A stretch of DNA of 64,000 nucleotides from Bacillota bacterium (lineage in GTDB: Bacteria; Bacillota; Limnochordia; DTU087): positions 5,294 through 69,293 of the forward strand of contig JAAYQZ010000040.1 of assembly GCA_012519025.1 (NCBI GenBank), given 5' to 3'. The position numbers were made by a program, and so were the translations under genes. Below the pieces are notes generated by a model, which had not been told where the DNA came from, did no database searches, and worked only from the letters and a program-made list of their open reading frames with translations. Positions 9,627 to 18,593 of this stretch are shown here, one piece after another. Every line of letters starts with the position of its first letter. Within the stretch, counting starts at the first letter, position 1.

Positions 9627-9917
9627 TTAATCTACTTGACTGTCCCCCGCCAGATTAAAAGCAATAGCCCAAAGGGCTATTTGGGTCCGATCTTCCACCT
9701 GCAGTTTCTTATATATATTGGTCACGTGGTTTTTTACGGTGTGGGGACTGATAAAAAGCTCTTTGGCTATTTCCACATTGGTCATACCGGTGGCAATCAA
9801 AGCCAAGACCTCTACTTCCCGAGGAGTGAGTCCGGCGGGAAATCCATGTCGGTTCTTGCTTTCAGAAGTAGGCCTACCTGATGCGCCGGTGTGTGGTTGT
9901 TTTTTGTGTTTATCCAT
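9627..9917 (-). CDS. Stand-alone LuxR/GerE-type HTH regulator
   Basis: [36 protein letters not shown]; no receiver domain; GGAGGG RBS. Confidence 0.85.
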   Translation of the reverse strand: MDKHKKQPHTGASGRPTSESKNRHGFPAGLTPREVEVLALIATGMTNVEIAKELFISPHTVKNHVTNIYKKLQVEDRTQIALWAIAFNLAGDSQVD

Positions 9918-9965
9918 GTAGGAAGCCCTCCGCCCTTTTCCCGCTTAATCCATCTTATTCGGGGC

Positions 9966-10334
9966 TTAGGGGATTGGTTCCCTATGGATCACCAGCTGAT
10001 CATATACAGAAGTGGCAGATCTAAAGATCGTCCCCGCCGGCAGTTCCAACACGGCAGAGGCGTGTCTTAAGACGGGGCCGCAGCGCCGTGCGGGCATATG
10101 ATTTATAATATGCAGTACTGTACATTTTGGGGTGAGGTAAATCGCGTCAAAAACAAACCGCATACCAAAACTGTGTATACTCCGGCAGGGCATCAATAAC
10201 AGACCTTCACCTTGTTCCAAATTGGGTGTACCCAGCAGACCTTTGGCCCTTGCTCTAAAGGTATCAGCAAGGCGCACTTTGTGGCCTAGAGTGGTGTTTT
10301 TGGTTTGATTAAATACACTGTAAACACTCTGCAG
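9966..10334 (-). CDS. DUF192 family protein
   Basis: LADTFRARAKGLLG, PCRSIHSFGMRF, VLELPAG motifs; in-frame CTG at 10334 lies 8 nt after AAGGAGG. Confidence 0.8.
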   Translation of the reverse strand: MQSVYSVFNQTKNTTLGHKVRLADTFRARAKGLLGTPNLEQGEGLLLMPCRSIHSFGMRFVFDAIYLTPKCTVLHIINHMPARRCGPVLRHASAVLELPAGTIFRSATSVYDQLVIHREPIP

Positions 10335-10402
10335 TTGGGCAACCTCCTTCTACCACAACTACAGGGCTTCCATGCCGGCGCAAGCTAAGACATATCTGAG
10401 GG

Positions 10403-11143
10403 TTATTGTTCTTTCAGCGTTCTTCCCCGCACACCTCTTTTTAAGGCATATACTGCTGCCTGGGTGCGATCGGCAAGTTCAAGCTTTTGCAGAATGCTGC
10501 TTACATGGTTCTTGACTGTCTTTTCACTTATGGACAGCGTATCTGCTATTTCCTTGTTGCTTTGTCCCCCTACGATGCACTCCAATATTTCCCGTTCTCT
10601 AACCGTTAACCGGCTGATCAGGCCTACGTCAGAAATCTTTTGCCATTGGCCGTTGACCAATACCTCCCTTGTTGATAAACCTTCTCCAGTGGCGGCAATT
10701 TCATCTTGGAAGCGGCTGAGGCGGGTGAATTCCTTCAACACTTTTTCCAAAACAGGTGATTTTAAGTAAGCTTTGCCGGCGTGGACTGTGCGAATGGCAT
10801 TGGCCAGATTCGAAGGATCAACATCCTTTAAAACATAACCGGCAGCACCGGCGTTAAGTACTCTGAAAATATATTCATCATCATCATGGATAGTTAAAGC
10901 AATCACCTGCACCCCCGGGACAATTTCTTTAATCTGCTTTGTGGCCTCTAACCCATTTATTCCGGGCATATTAATATCCATGAGCACAACATCGGGGTTG
11001 ACAGATTTGCTTAAGGTCACTGCCTCTTCACCGTTGGCCGCCTGTGCCACCACTTTGATATCTTCTTCCATTTCTAATATGCGGCATAAACCCTGCCGCA
11101 AAAGCGCATGATCATCTGCAATCAAGACTTTGATCTGTTCCAA
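10403..11143 (-). CDS. degU: NarL/LuxR family response regulator DegU
   Basis: IADDH...DVVLMDINMP receiver domain and C-terminal ISEKTVKNHVSSILQKL; adjacent to degS. Confidence 0.85.
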   Translation of the reverse strand: MEQIKVLIADDHALLRQGLCRILEMEEDIKVVAQAANGEEAVTLSKSVNPDVVLMDINMPGINGLEATKQIKEIVPGVQVIALTIHDDDEYIFRVLNAGAAGYVLKDVDPSNLANAIRTVHAGKAYLKSPVLEKVLKEFTRLSRFQDEIAATGEGLSTREVLVNGQWQKISDVGLISRLTVREREILECIVGGQSNKEIADTLSISEKTVKNHVSSILQKLELADRTQAAVYALKRGVRGRTLKEQ

Positions 11144-11169
11144 TTAATACCCTCCCAAAGACCCATTTA

Positions 11170-12330
11170 CTATTCGGAGTTTAAGGGAACACTGGCAAAT
11201 ATGATAGTGCCGCGCCCGGGATTTGAATCTATCCGCAACGTCCCTTCTAAAAGGTCAACTCTTTCGCCCATAAACAAAAGTCCAAAACTCTCGACATGCT
11301 GGGCTTGGGAGCGGGCTTTGGCCGCGTCAAACCCGCGTCCGTTATCTTCAACCTGCATATTGATCTGATCATCAGCAAATTCCAACCTAACCGAAATTTG
11401 ACTGGCTTCCGCATGCTGCAAAGCGTTGTTTACAGCTTCCTGTACAAGGCGGAAAACGGTTATCTCCACGGTTTCCGGTAAACGCCGCTCCTTACCGAGG
11501 ATGACCAGCTGCACACGGGCATCTGTATCTTCCTGAACAGAGGTCATATAGCGGCGCAGTGTAGGTGCAAGGCCTAAATCATCCAATACCATGGGCCGCA
11601 GGTTGAAAATAATTCTGCGGGTATCTACAAGAGCATACTGCACTATATCTTTCAATTCAGCAATTTCCTCGGACAATTCCTTGCGATCTTCCTGAAGCAG
11701 CCTTTCACAAATTTCCGTTTTTAAAACCAAGCTTGCCAATGTCTGGGCCGGCCCGTCGTGAATATCCCTTGCTAGCCGACGCCTTTCATCTTCTTGAGCT
11801 TGGATGATTCTAGTGGCCAAAATTGACTTTTCCTGCAGGTTCTCAATATGTGTAAAGGCACTCTCCAAATCCCCGGCCAAAACCTGCATGGCGACTCCCA
11901 CTTGTTTGACCATGGTTTCAGCCTTTGTCACTACATCGCCGAGCTTGCGTATACTGCGGTCCAGCTCATCACGCTGACGCCGCAAAGACATTTCCCGCTC
12001 CCTGGCCACCGCTAATTTGACTTGCACACTTTGGGCGGCATCGTAAGCTCGTTTGATCTCAGTTTCATCATATCTTAGAAAATTTCGATCAACTTCTGCT
12101 AAGCGTCTTTTGGCATGGTCTAACTCAATCTCCAACCCATCCACCTGTTGAATGCAGGCTGTTGTCATGGTGCTGAGTTCACGGGCCTGCTTTTGCAGGC
12201 TTTCATATTCACTTCGGGCCATCTCCGCAATGTCGAAAATCTGCTCTTGGCTGTTGCGGAGAGCCAAAACTGTCTGTTCAAAGATTAAATCAATGCCTTT
12301 TAGGTTGAGCATAAGCCCGCGCACTGCCAA
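11170..12330 (-). CDS. degS: Cytoplasmic sensor histidine kinase DegS
   Basis: DegS N-terminal coiled coil (IFDIAEMARSEY, LAEVDRNF), ERRRLARDIHDGPAQ, QEAVNNA, DNGRGF; no transmembrane helix. Confidence 0.9.
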   Translation of the reverse strand: MAVRGLMLNLKGIDLIFEQTVLALRNSQEQIFDIAEMARSEYESLQKQARELSTMTTACIQQVDGLEIELDHAKRRLAEVDRNFLRYDETEIKRAYDAAQSVQVKLAVAREREMSLRRQRDELDRSIRKLGDVVTKAETMVKQVGVAMQVLAGDLESAFTHIENLQEKSILATRIIQAQEDERRRLARDIHDGPAQTLASLVLKTEICERLLQEDRKELSEEIAELKDIVQYALVDTRRIIFNLRPMVLDDLGLAPTLRRYMTSVQEDTDARVQLVILGKERRLPETVEITVFRLVQEAVNNALQHAEASQISVRLEFADDQINMQVEDNGRGFDAAKARSQAQHVESFGLLFMGERVDLLEGTLRIDSNPGRGTIIFASVPLNSE

Positions 12331-12372
12331 ATTAACGCTCCTTTCTTGACAATTTCACTCTTGTAACACAAA

Positions 12373-12398
12373 ATTCGATACGAAAACCAGTGCTTCCT
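12373..12398 (-). promoter_or_regulatory. SigH-like promoter upstream of degS
   Basis: GCAGGA-18 bp-GAAT on the minus strand. Confidence 0.55.
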
Positions 12399-12438
12399 GC
12401 ACCGTTCATTACTTTTAAATCATATTTCCCACAATTTT

Positions 12439-13245
12439 CTATGATTCTCGGGCATCTGTCAGGGTATCGGCACAGCTGCATTGCTCTCCCCGATCAGCAG
12501 GAACAGCCGCAATCATACTGTAAAGCAGTTCTTTCAGCTGATCGTTGTTTGCTTGAAAAACCTTCAAAACTTCCGCATGGGTCACTGCTTCCACACCGGG
12601 TGCATCTACCAAGCCGGCATCATAATCAGTGACAAGGGCAATATTTACATAACACAGGCCCAGTTCCCGAGCAAGCATACCTTCGGGGTATTGGGTCATA
12701 TTGATTACATCCCACCCGTGGTTTTGAAACTCCCGGCTTTCCGCCTGAGTAGAGAATCTCGGACCTTGAATCACAACTACAGTTCCTTTGGGATGTATTG
12801 CAATACCCTGTTTTTGGCCTTCAATGATGGCAATTTGCCTAAGCTCACTGCAGTAAGGGTGGGCGGCACTGATATGGGTAGTGATGGGGCCGTCGAAAAA
12901 TGTGTCTGCCCGTCCCCAAGTGCGGTTGACGAATTGATCAGTGACCACGAAGTCTCCCGGCTTGATGGAGGATTTTAGACTGCCTGCGGCACAAGGCCCA
13001 ATAATCCTAGTTACCCCCAGTTTTTTCATTCCCCATAAATTCGCCCGATAGTTAATTTTATGCGGCGGCAAATGGTGTTCTTTGCCATGGCGGGGTAAAA
13101 ACGCGACTTTTTTGCCATCTATGGTGGCAAGGGCATATTTATCACTGGGGGCACCGTAAGGGGTTTCAACCCAAACCTCTTCCACATCGGGAAGCAGTTC
13201 GTAAAAACCCGAACCACCGAAAATACCTATATCTGCTTTTGTCAA
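12439..13245 (-). CDS. mtnP: S-methyl-5'-thioadenosine phosphorylase
   Basis: IGIFGGSG, TPYGAPS, FLPRHG, NYRAN, GPRFSTQAES, VTDYD motifs. Confidence 0.88.
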   Translation of the reverse strand: MTKADIGIFGGSGFYELLPDVEEVWVETPYGAPSDKYALATIDGKKVAFLPRHGKEHHLPPHKINYRANLWGMKKLGVTRIIGPCAAGSLKSSIKPGDFVVTDQFVNRTWGRADTFFDGPITTHISAAHPYCSELRQIAIIEGQKQGIAIHPKGTVVVIQGPRFSTQAESREFQNHGWDVINMTQYPEGMLARELGLCYVNIALVTDYDAGLVDAPGVEAVTHAEVLKVFQANNDQLKELLYSMIAAVPADRGEQCSCADTLTDARES

Positions 13246-13282
13246 AGAAAGCCCTCCTTTTGTTTATCTTTAAAGCAGAGCC

Positions 13283-13320
13283 AAAATACAAAATGGGTGG
13301 TGAGAGCACCACCCATTGTA
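13283..13320 (-). terminator. Intrinsic terminator of metNIQ
   Basis: AATGGGTGGTG/CACCACCCATT inverted repeat with a U-rich tail on the minus strand. Confidence 0.75.
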
Positions 13321-13347
13321 TTCTATCTAAATGAACCAATCTCCTAG

Positions 13348-14136
13348 TTAGAATGCGGGAACAACTGCACCTTCATATTGCTCAAGGATAAAGTCTTTAA
13401 CTTTTTCAGAAAGCAGTGCCTCGGAAAGCTTGGCCAAATCTTCTCGATCAACATCAGCAGTACGCACGGCCAAAACATTCACATAAGGCGACTGGCTGTC
13501 TTCGATGAACAGAGCATCTGTTAGCGGCGTTAGGCCTGCTTCCAGGGCGTAGTTGGTGTTGATAATAGCAAGTTCAACATCAGGCAAGATTCGGGGCAGC
13601 TGTGCAGCTTCCAGTTCACTGAATCTGAGATTCTTAGGATTATCCACAATATCAAGGATGGTGGCAGTGATACCGGCCGCGGGATCAAGTTCAAGCAGCC
13701 CGTTTCTTTCCAAAAGCATTAAGGCTCTGCCGCCGTTAACGGGATCGTTTGGCATAGCTACCCGGGCTCCGTCGGCCAAGTCTTTTAGATCCGTCAGTTT
13801 GTCTGAGTAACCACCCATGGGTTCAATGTGCACAGCGGTGATATGGGTGAGGTCCAGGCGGTGATCCGCGGAAAATGTCTCCAGGTACGGGATATGCTGG
13901 AAATAGTTGGCATCAAGCTCCCCTTCGGCTAAAGCCAAATTGGGCTGAATGTAATCCGTAAACTCGATCACGACGAGCTCAATGCCATCTGCTGCAAGAT
14001 CATCTTTAATTAAATTCAAAACTTCAGCATGGGGAACCGGTGTGGCTCCAACTGTAAGGGTTTGGGCGTGTGCACCCAATGCACCGATACCAAGCAGTAA
14101 GACTAAAGTAAGGGTAATGGTAATTGCTCTTCTCAA
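13348..14136 (-). CDS. metQ: Methionine ABC transporter substrate-binding protein (MetQ/NlpA family)
   Basis: VGATPVPHAE, FTDYIQPN, DANYFQHIPYL, PNDPVNGGRAL motifs. Confidence 0.9.
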   Translation of the reverse strand: MRRAITITLTLVLLLGIGALGAHAQTLTVGATPVPHAEVLNLIKDDLAADGIELVVIEFTDYIQPNLALAEGELDANYFQHIPYLETFSADHRLDLTHITAVHIEPMGGYSDKLTDLKDLADGARVAMPNDPVNGGRALMLLERNGLLELDPAAGITATILDIVDNPKNLRFSELEAAQLPRILPDVELAIINTNYALEAGLTPLTDALFIEDSQSPYVNVLAVRTADVDREDLAKLSEALLSEKVKDFILEQYEGAVVPAF

Positions 14137-14164
14137 TTCAAAGCCCTCCTAAAATTTGATGTAC

Positions 14165-14950
14165 TTATTTCTTGGATAACCGTTCGGCAGCCCAGTCTCC
14201 GAAAGACTGCATAATCTGCACAAGGACAATCAAAACAGCTACAGTTAACAGCATAATATCTCCCCGGAAGCGCTGGTATCCGTAGCGCACAGCCAAGTCT
14301 CCCAACCCACCCCCTCCCACAGCCCCCGCCATGGCGGAATAGCCGATTAAGTTAACTGCTGTAATGGTAAACCCCAACACCAAGGAAGGCAAAGCTTCCG
14401 GGATGAGGACCTTACATATAATTTGCAGTGGTGACGCACCCATGGCAAGAGCTGCCTCAACAACCCCGGCATCGACTTCTTTGAGTGCTGTCTCCACCAA
14501 CCGAGCCACAAAAGGAATAGCTGCCACAGTTAACGGCACCATAGCTGCCGTGGTACCGATGGAGGTGCCCACAACTCGCCTGGTAAAGGGAATGATTGCA
14601 ACCATGAGGATAATAAACGGAACAGAACGCCCGATATTAATTACGATACCCAGGATGCGATTGATTAAGGCGTTTGCCAGCACATGGCCCTTTTCTGTCA
14701 CAACTAAGATAATACCTAAAGGTAGACCGATAAGTTCCGCCAAGACTACAGCTACACCCACCATATACAAAGTTTCACCGGTGGCCTGCCAAAGCAGGTG
14801 CTGAATTGTTGGGTTGAATGTCCTAATGCTCAAAAGCAGCACTGCTGTGGCAATGGCGATCATAACTCCTGCAGCCGATGTGCCGATAATGGAATGCACA
14901 ATACTCCGCAGCGTTTGCCGAAAGCCGCACTCTGTCCTTTTAGTGTGCAT
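14165..14950 (-). CDS. metI: Methionine ABC transporter permease
   Basis: ETLYMV, RSVPFIIL, VGTSIG, SAMAGAVGGGGLG, YGYQRF motifs. Confidence 0.9.
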   Translation of the reverse strand: MHTKRTECGFRQTLRSIVHSIIGTSAAGVMIAIATAVLLLSIRTFNPTIQHLLWQATGETLYMVGVAVVLAELIGLPLGIILVVTEKGHVLANALINRILGIVINIGRSVPFIILMVAIIPFTRRVVGTSIGTTAAMVPLTVAAIPFVARLVETALKEVDAGVVEAALAMGASPLQIICKVLIPEALPSLVLGFTITAVNLIGYSAMAGAVGGGGLGDLAVRYGYQRFRGDIMLLTVAVLIVLVQIMQSFGDWAAERLSKK

Positions 14951-14951
14951 A

Positions 14952-15962
14952 TCACAGCACCTCCACCTGTAAATCTTGTTGGGTCAAAAACTGCCAAGCC
15001 TCTTGTAAAGCAGGAGCATCACCGGAAAGCTCTACTACAAGGGTGCCAAAGGGTGTATCTTTGATTTGATCAATCCGACCAAATAGGATGTTGACTGTGA
15101 CGGGAAAACGCTGCATCAGCTCTGCCATGATAGGTTTGCCGGCAGAAGCACCGATAAATGATATCTTAAGCAAGTTTTGCTTTCCATTGGCACTGCGTTC
15201 CAATAACTCTTGGGGGATATCTATCTCGATAACACCCCGCACAAGGCGCCGGGCCTGACGAGTTTTTGGAGCAGTGAAAACCTGCAGCACCGGCCCATTC
15301 TCTACAATGGAGCCATCTTCAATCACAGCTACACGATCACAAATTTGCTGTATTACCGGCATTTCATGGGTGATCAATAAAATAGTCAATCCCATTTGTC
15401 GATTAATATCCTGCAAAAGATCCAACACCGCTGTAGTTGTTTCAGGGTCCAAAGCCGATGTAGCCTCATCACAAAGAAGCACCTGAGGTCGATTGGCCAA
15501 TGCTCTTGCAATGCCTACCCGCTGTTTTTGTCCACCGCTCAACTGTGCCGGATAGCTGTCACTTCTATCTTCCAAACCTACCAGTTCTAAAAGCTCCAGT
15601 ACCCTGGTTTTGATTTCTTGTTTAGGTGTATTGGTTATTTCCAAAGGAAAAGCCACATTATCAAATACTGTTCTGGAAGACAGTAAGTTAAAGTGCTGAA
15701 ATATCATGCCGATGCGCTGCCGGGCCGTTCTTAAGGCCCTCCCCTTAAGTGATGTAATGTCGGTTCCATCTACTGTCACAACACCGGCCTGGGGCCGTTC
15801 CAACATGTTTATACATCTGACTAACGTGCTTTTGCCGGCCCCGCTTAATCCGATAATACCAAAGATCTCCCCTTGGTTGATCTCCAGATCTACATCATCT
15901 AAAGCCCGCACTTCTCGGTGTCCATCGGTAAAGATCTTAGTTAGATTGCGAATTTTAATCAA
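14952..15962 (-). CDS. metN: Methionine ABC transporter ATP-binding protein
   Basis: GLSGAGKS, LSGGQKQRVGIARAL, LLCDEATSALD motifs and C-terminal NIL domain. Confidence 0.92.
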   Translation of the reverse strand: MIKIRNLTKIFTDGHREVRALDDVDLEINQGEIFGIIGLSGAGKSTLVRCINMLERPQAGVVTVDGTDITSLKGRALRTARQRIGMIFQHFNLLSSRTVFDNVAFPLEITNTPKQEIKTRVLELLELVGLEDRSDSYPAQLSGGQKQRVGIARALANRPQVLLCDEATSALDPETTTAVLDLLQDINRQMGLTILLITHEMPVIQQICDRVAVIEDGSIVENGPVLQVFTAPKTRQARRLVRGVIEIDIPQELLERSANGKQNLLKISFIGASAGKPIMAELMQRFPVTVNILFGRIDQIKDTPFGTLVVELSGDAPALQEAWQFLTQQDLQVEVL

Positions 15963-16002
15963 TTACCCCACCCCCAAACCACCACTTAACATCCTGAAAT
16001 CT

Positions 16003-16035
16003 AAAAAAATCCTCTTTCAAGATGAAAGAGGATTT
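16003..16035 (-). terminator. Attenuator terminator of the SAM riboswitch
   Basis: AAAUCCUCUUUCA/UGAAAGAGGAUUU stem plus U-run, between the aptamer and metN. Confidence 0.85.
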
Positions 16036-16052
16036 AGATAACCTAACTCCGC

Positions 16053-16160
16053 CTCTCATCTTCCCGATACGAATTTGCATCGGCAGGATTTGGCACCTTG
16101 CGCAAAAGCGCCGGTTGCCGGGGTTCATCGGGCCAGTCCCTCCACCACTCTTGATAAGAG
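16053..16160 (-). ncRNA. SAM-I (S-box) riboswitch
   Basis: CUCUUAUCAAGAG...GGAGGGACUGGCCCGAUGAACCCCGGCAACC...AAGGUGCCAAAUCC...GAAGAUGAGAG. Confidence 0.97.
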
Positions 16161-16195
16161 TAACAATGTACTTATGCAATTTTCTCGTTGGTCAT

Positions 16196-16224
16196 AGTAT
16201 AGCAGTGGAAAAATGCCTTGTCAA
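16196..16224 (-). promoter_or_regulatory. SigA promoter for S-box-metNIQ
   Basis: TTGACA-17 bp-TATACT with extended -10 TG. Confidence 0.8.
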
Positions 16225-16243
16225 CAATTATTTTCTGGTTGTG

Positions 16244-17368
16244 TTAAAAGCTTTTAGTCAACGCAGCATGAAGTCTTTGGTCGATTTCATTTATTTTGAA
16301 TCTGACACTTAAGATATATGGTGTTTCACCTTTTATCCAGTGGCCGTAAGTAGTAGCTGCTATTGTACCGTCAGGGAGGACTTCAACTCCGGCATAAGCA
16401 GTATCCGCATCTTTATGGTTTTTTTTGAGCCGCATCCGATACTGCCCTTCCCGCCCTTGAACAATATCTTCATAGCGGCCCACCCAAGCTGCAAAATCAC
16501 CCCAGGTGGGGCTTAGGTGGGCTGTGTCTCTAAAGACCACTATCAGCCTCCCATCGGGGAGGTAGCGGGCCACATGGCGATCACCTGTTAAAGCCCCCGG
16601 AAGCTCCCGGGGGTTGCTCCAGGTCTGTCCATAATCCCGACTAAAACTCACAAAAGAGTTGAATACCCGGCTGTTTTCCCGAAGCAGTATGGCCATTTCC
16701 CGTCCATCGGGTGACATGACCACCCCCGCCTCACAAAGGTGTGCCTGTGGATGATCCACAAGCACTCTGGGCAGACTCCAGGAAAGACCGCCGTCGGTGC
16801 TTACAACACCATAAATCCGCATATAGGGATCATCGGTTTTGGGGAATTTATCTTGCCCGCCTTCACCTTTTTCAAGCAGTCGGTTGTCATCGTGGAAAAA
16901 AGCCAGATAGTGCCCTTTTGGGGGCAGTTTGACTAAATCGCTCATGGCTACGATGCCGCCGAATTTTCCGATGGGTTCAAGCTCAGACCAGGTGTGTCCC
17001 TCATCTTCAGATACCGACATGCGGATGGGATAGATACCGGAAAATAGGATCAGCCGGTTTTTCCCTTGGGGATCGGTTGTTTTGTAGATAGTGGGCACTT
17101 CTTGGGATGAAGCCCAGTTTGGTGGTGTCGACAGGGGATTCGTCCAAGTCAGACCTCCGTCAAAACTCTTTTTCATGACAATAGCACCGCGGCCGTGCCC
17201 TTTGGGGTATACAGCGATCATAGTGCACCCATCATCCAATAAAACCGTTGTCACATGGCCCAGGTACTGGCCGGGCTCTTGATGGACAACAACCTGCTTG
17301 GATACTTCTTCATCAAGATCAAACAAAGGGATGGAATAACCCCGACGCAGTTTGAAACCTTTTGACAT
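16244..17368 (-). CDS. BNR/Asp-box repeat sialidase-like beta-propeller protein
   Basis: Four Asp-boxes (SFDGGLTW, SEDEGHTW, STDGGLSW, SRDYGQTW); follows nanA. Confidence 0.75.
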   Translation of the reverse strand: MSKGFKLRRGYSIPLFDLDEEVSKQVVVHQEPGQYLGHVTTVLLDDGCTMIAVYPKGHGRGAIVMKKSFDGGLTWTNPLSTPPNWASSQEVPTIYKTTDPQGKNRLILFSGIYPIRMSVSEDEGHTWSELEPIGKFGGIVAMSDLVKLPPKGHYLAFFHDDNRLLEKGEGGQDKFPKTDDPYMRIYGVVSTDGGLSWSLPRVLVDHPQAHLCEAGVVMSPDGREMAILLRENSRVFNSFVSFSRDYGQTWSNPRELPGALTGDRHVARYLPDGRLIVVFRDTAHLSPTWGDFAAWVGRYEDIVQGREGQYRMRLKKNHKDADTAYAGVEVLPDGTIAATTYGHWIKGETPYILSVRFKINEIDQRLHAALTKSF

Positions 17369-17458
17369 GTATTCACTTCCTGTTCTTCTCTTTAACACAT
17401 CATCGTTGAAAAGGTGGGCCTTTACCGGCACCATCCCACTGCACACCTGATCTAATGC

Positions 17459-18352
17459 CTAGCAACAGCCAAGATCATTTTCCACAGTCTGCATATATGC
17501 TGTTATATCTTTGGCAGCTTCCCGATGGATTTCGGCTATAGGGCCCATAGGTGCTTTACATGTGCCAGCGGGAACGTTGTATAAGACAGTGATTTCTTTT
17601 AGAGTCTGATACAGGCCGGCCTTTAAAATGCGGCTGACAACCACATTGATATGATGCTGAATCTTGCGGGCCTTGGTGTAATCCCCCATATGAAAACTCT
17701 GCATTAAATGTTTGGCCCAATGTCCAATTACGTTGTAGGTGCTGCCTATGGCACCATCGACATCCAGTGCTAATGCTGATAGAAGCATTTCATCATATCC
17801 GGAGAAGATGAGTTTATCCGGTAGAGCAGACCGCAGCTGTTCCAGTAAGAAAAAGTTGCTGGAGGTGAATTTGAGGCCGATTACATTGGGAAGACGCAAA
17901 ATTTCTTCGATATGAGTAAATTCAAGTTCCACACCTGTCAGACTCGGTATGTAGTAGGCAATCAGCGGTAAAGGGCTTGCCGATGCAATTTTTTGATAGT
18001 AGCCCTTGATTTCCGCAGCACTGAGTTTGTAGTAAAAAGGAGTTACGGCAGAAACTGCATCATACCCAAGCCGAGCGGTGTATTCTGCAAGTTCAATGCA
18101 CTCTTCCAGCACGTTGGAACCGATTTGTGCAATCATGGAAACTTCCCCCCGGGCAGCTGCATGGACAAGGGAAAATATTTGTTTTTTGGCTTCTGTTGTC
18201 AAAAGAAAATTTTCTCCCGTAGAGCCGTTTACATAAAGCCCATCAACACGGCAGTGCCCGATATTGTGGCGCACCAATGCGTGTATTCCTTGTTCATCAA
18301 CCCTGCCTTTGCTATCAAAAGCACCTAGAAGTGCTGAGAAAATACCCCGCAT
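17459..18352 (-). CDS. nanA: N-acetylneuraminate lyase (DapA family)
   Basis: DGLYVNGSTGENF, GYDAVSAVTPFYY, GLKFT (Schiff-base Lys), GYDEM, GAIGSTYN motifs. Confidence 0.88.
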   Translation of the reverse strand: MRGIFSALLGAFDSKGRVDEQGIHALVRHNIGHCRVDGLYVNGSTGENFLLTTEAKKQIFSLVHAAARGEVSMIAQIGSNVLEECIELAEYTARLGYDAVSAVTPFYYKLSAAEIKGYYQKIASASPLPLIAYYIPSLTGVELEFTHIEEILRLPNVIGLKFTSSNFFLLEQLRSALPDKLIFSGYDEMLLSALALDVDGAIGSTYNVIGHWAKHLMQSFHMGDYTKARKIQHHINVVVSRILKAGLYQTLKEITVLYNVPAGTCKAPMGPIAEIHREAAKDITAYMQTVENDLGCC

Positions 18353-18593
18353 GACATGGCCTCCTTAAAATGCCGCTCCTTGATTATTTTGTTGTTTAAC
18401 TGTTTGTTGGTCGCCAATTGCAGAATTCCTTCTCTTTTGTTTGTCCGACACGCTCAATCCGATAGTTCCGCTCTTCGGGAATGCCTGATTCAACATACCT
18501 TTTTTGCCCGGAGGCATTCTTTAAGCAGGATTTCAGCCTGCACCTATTTAATCTTTGCAGTAAGTAATGTGAAGATATAAGGAGGGCTTGACC

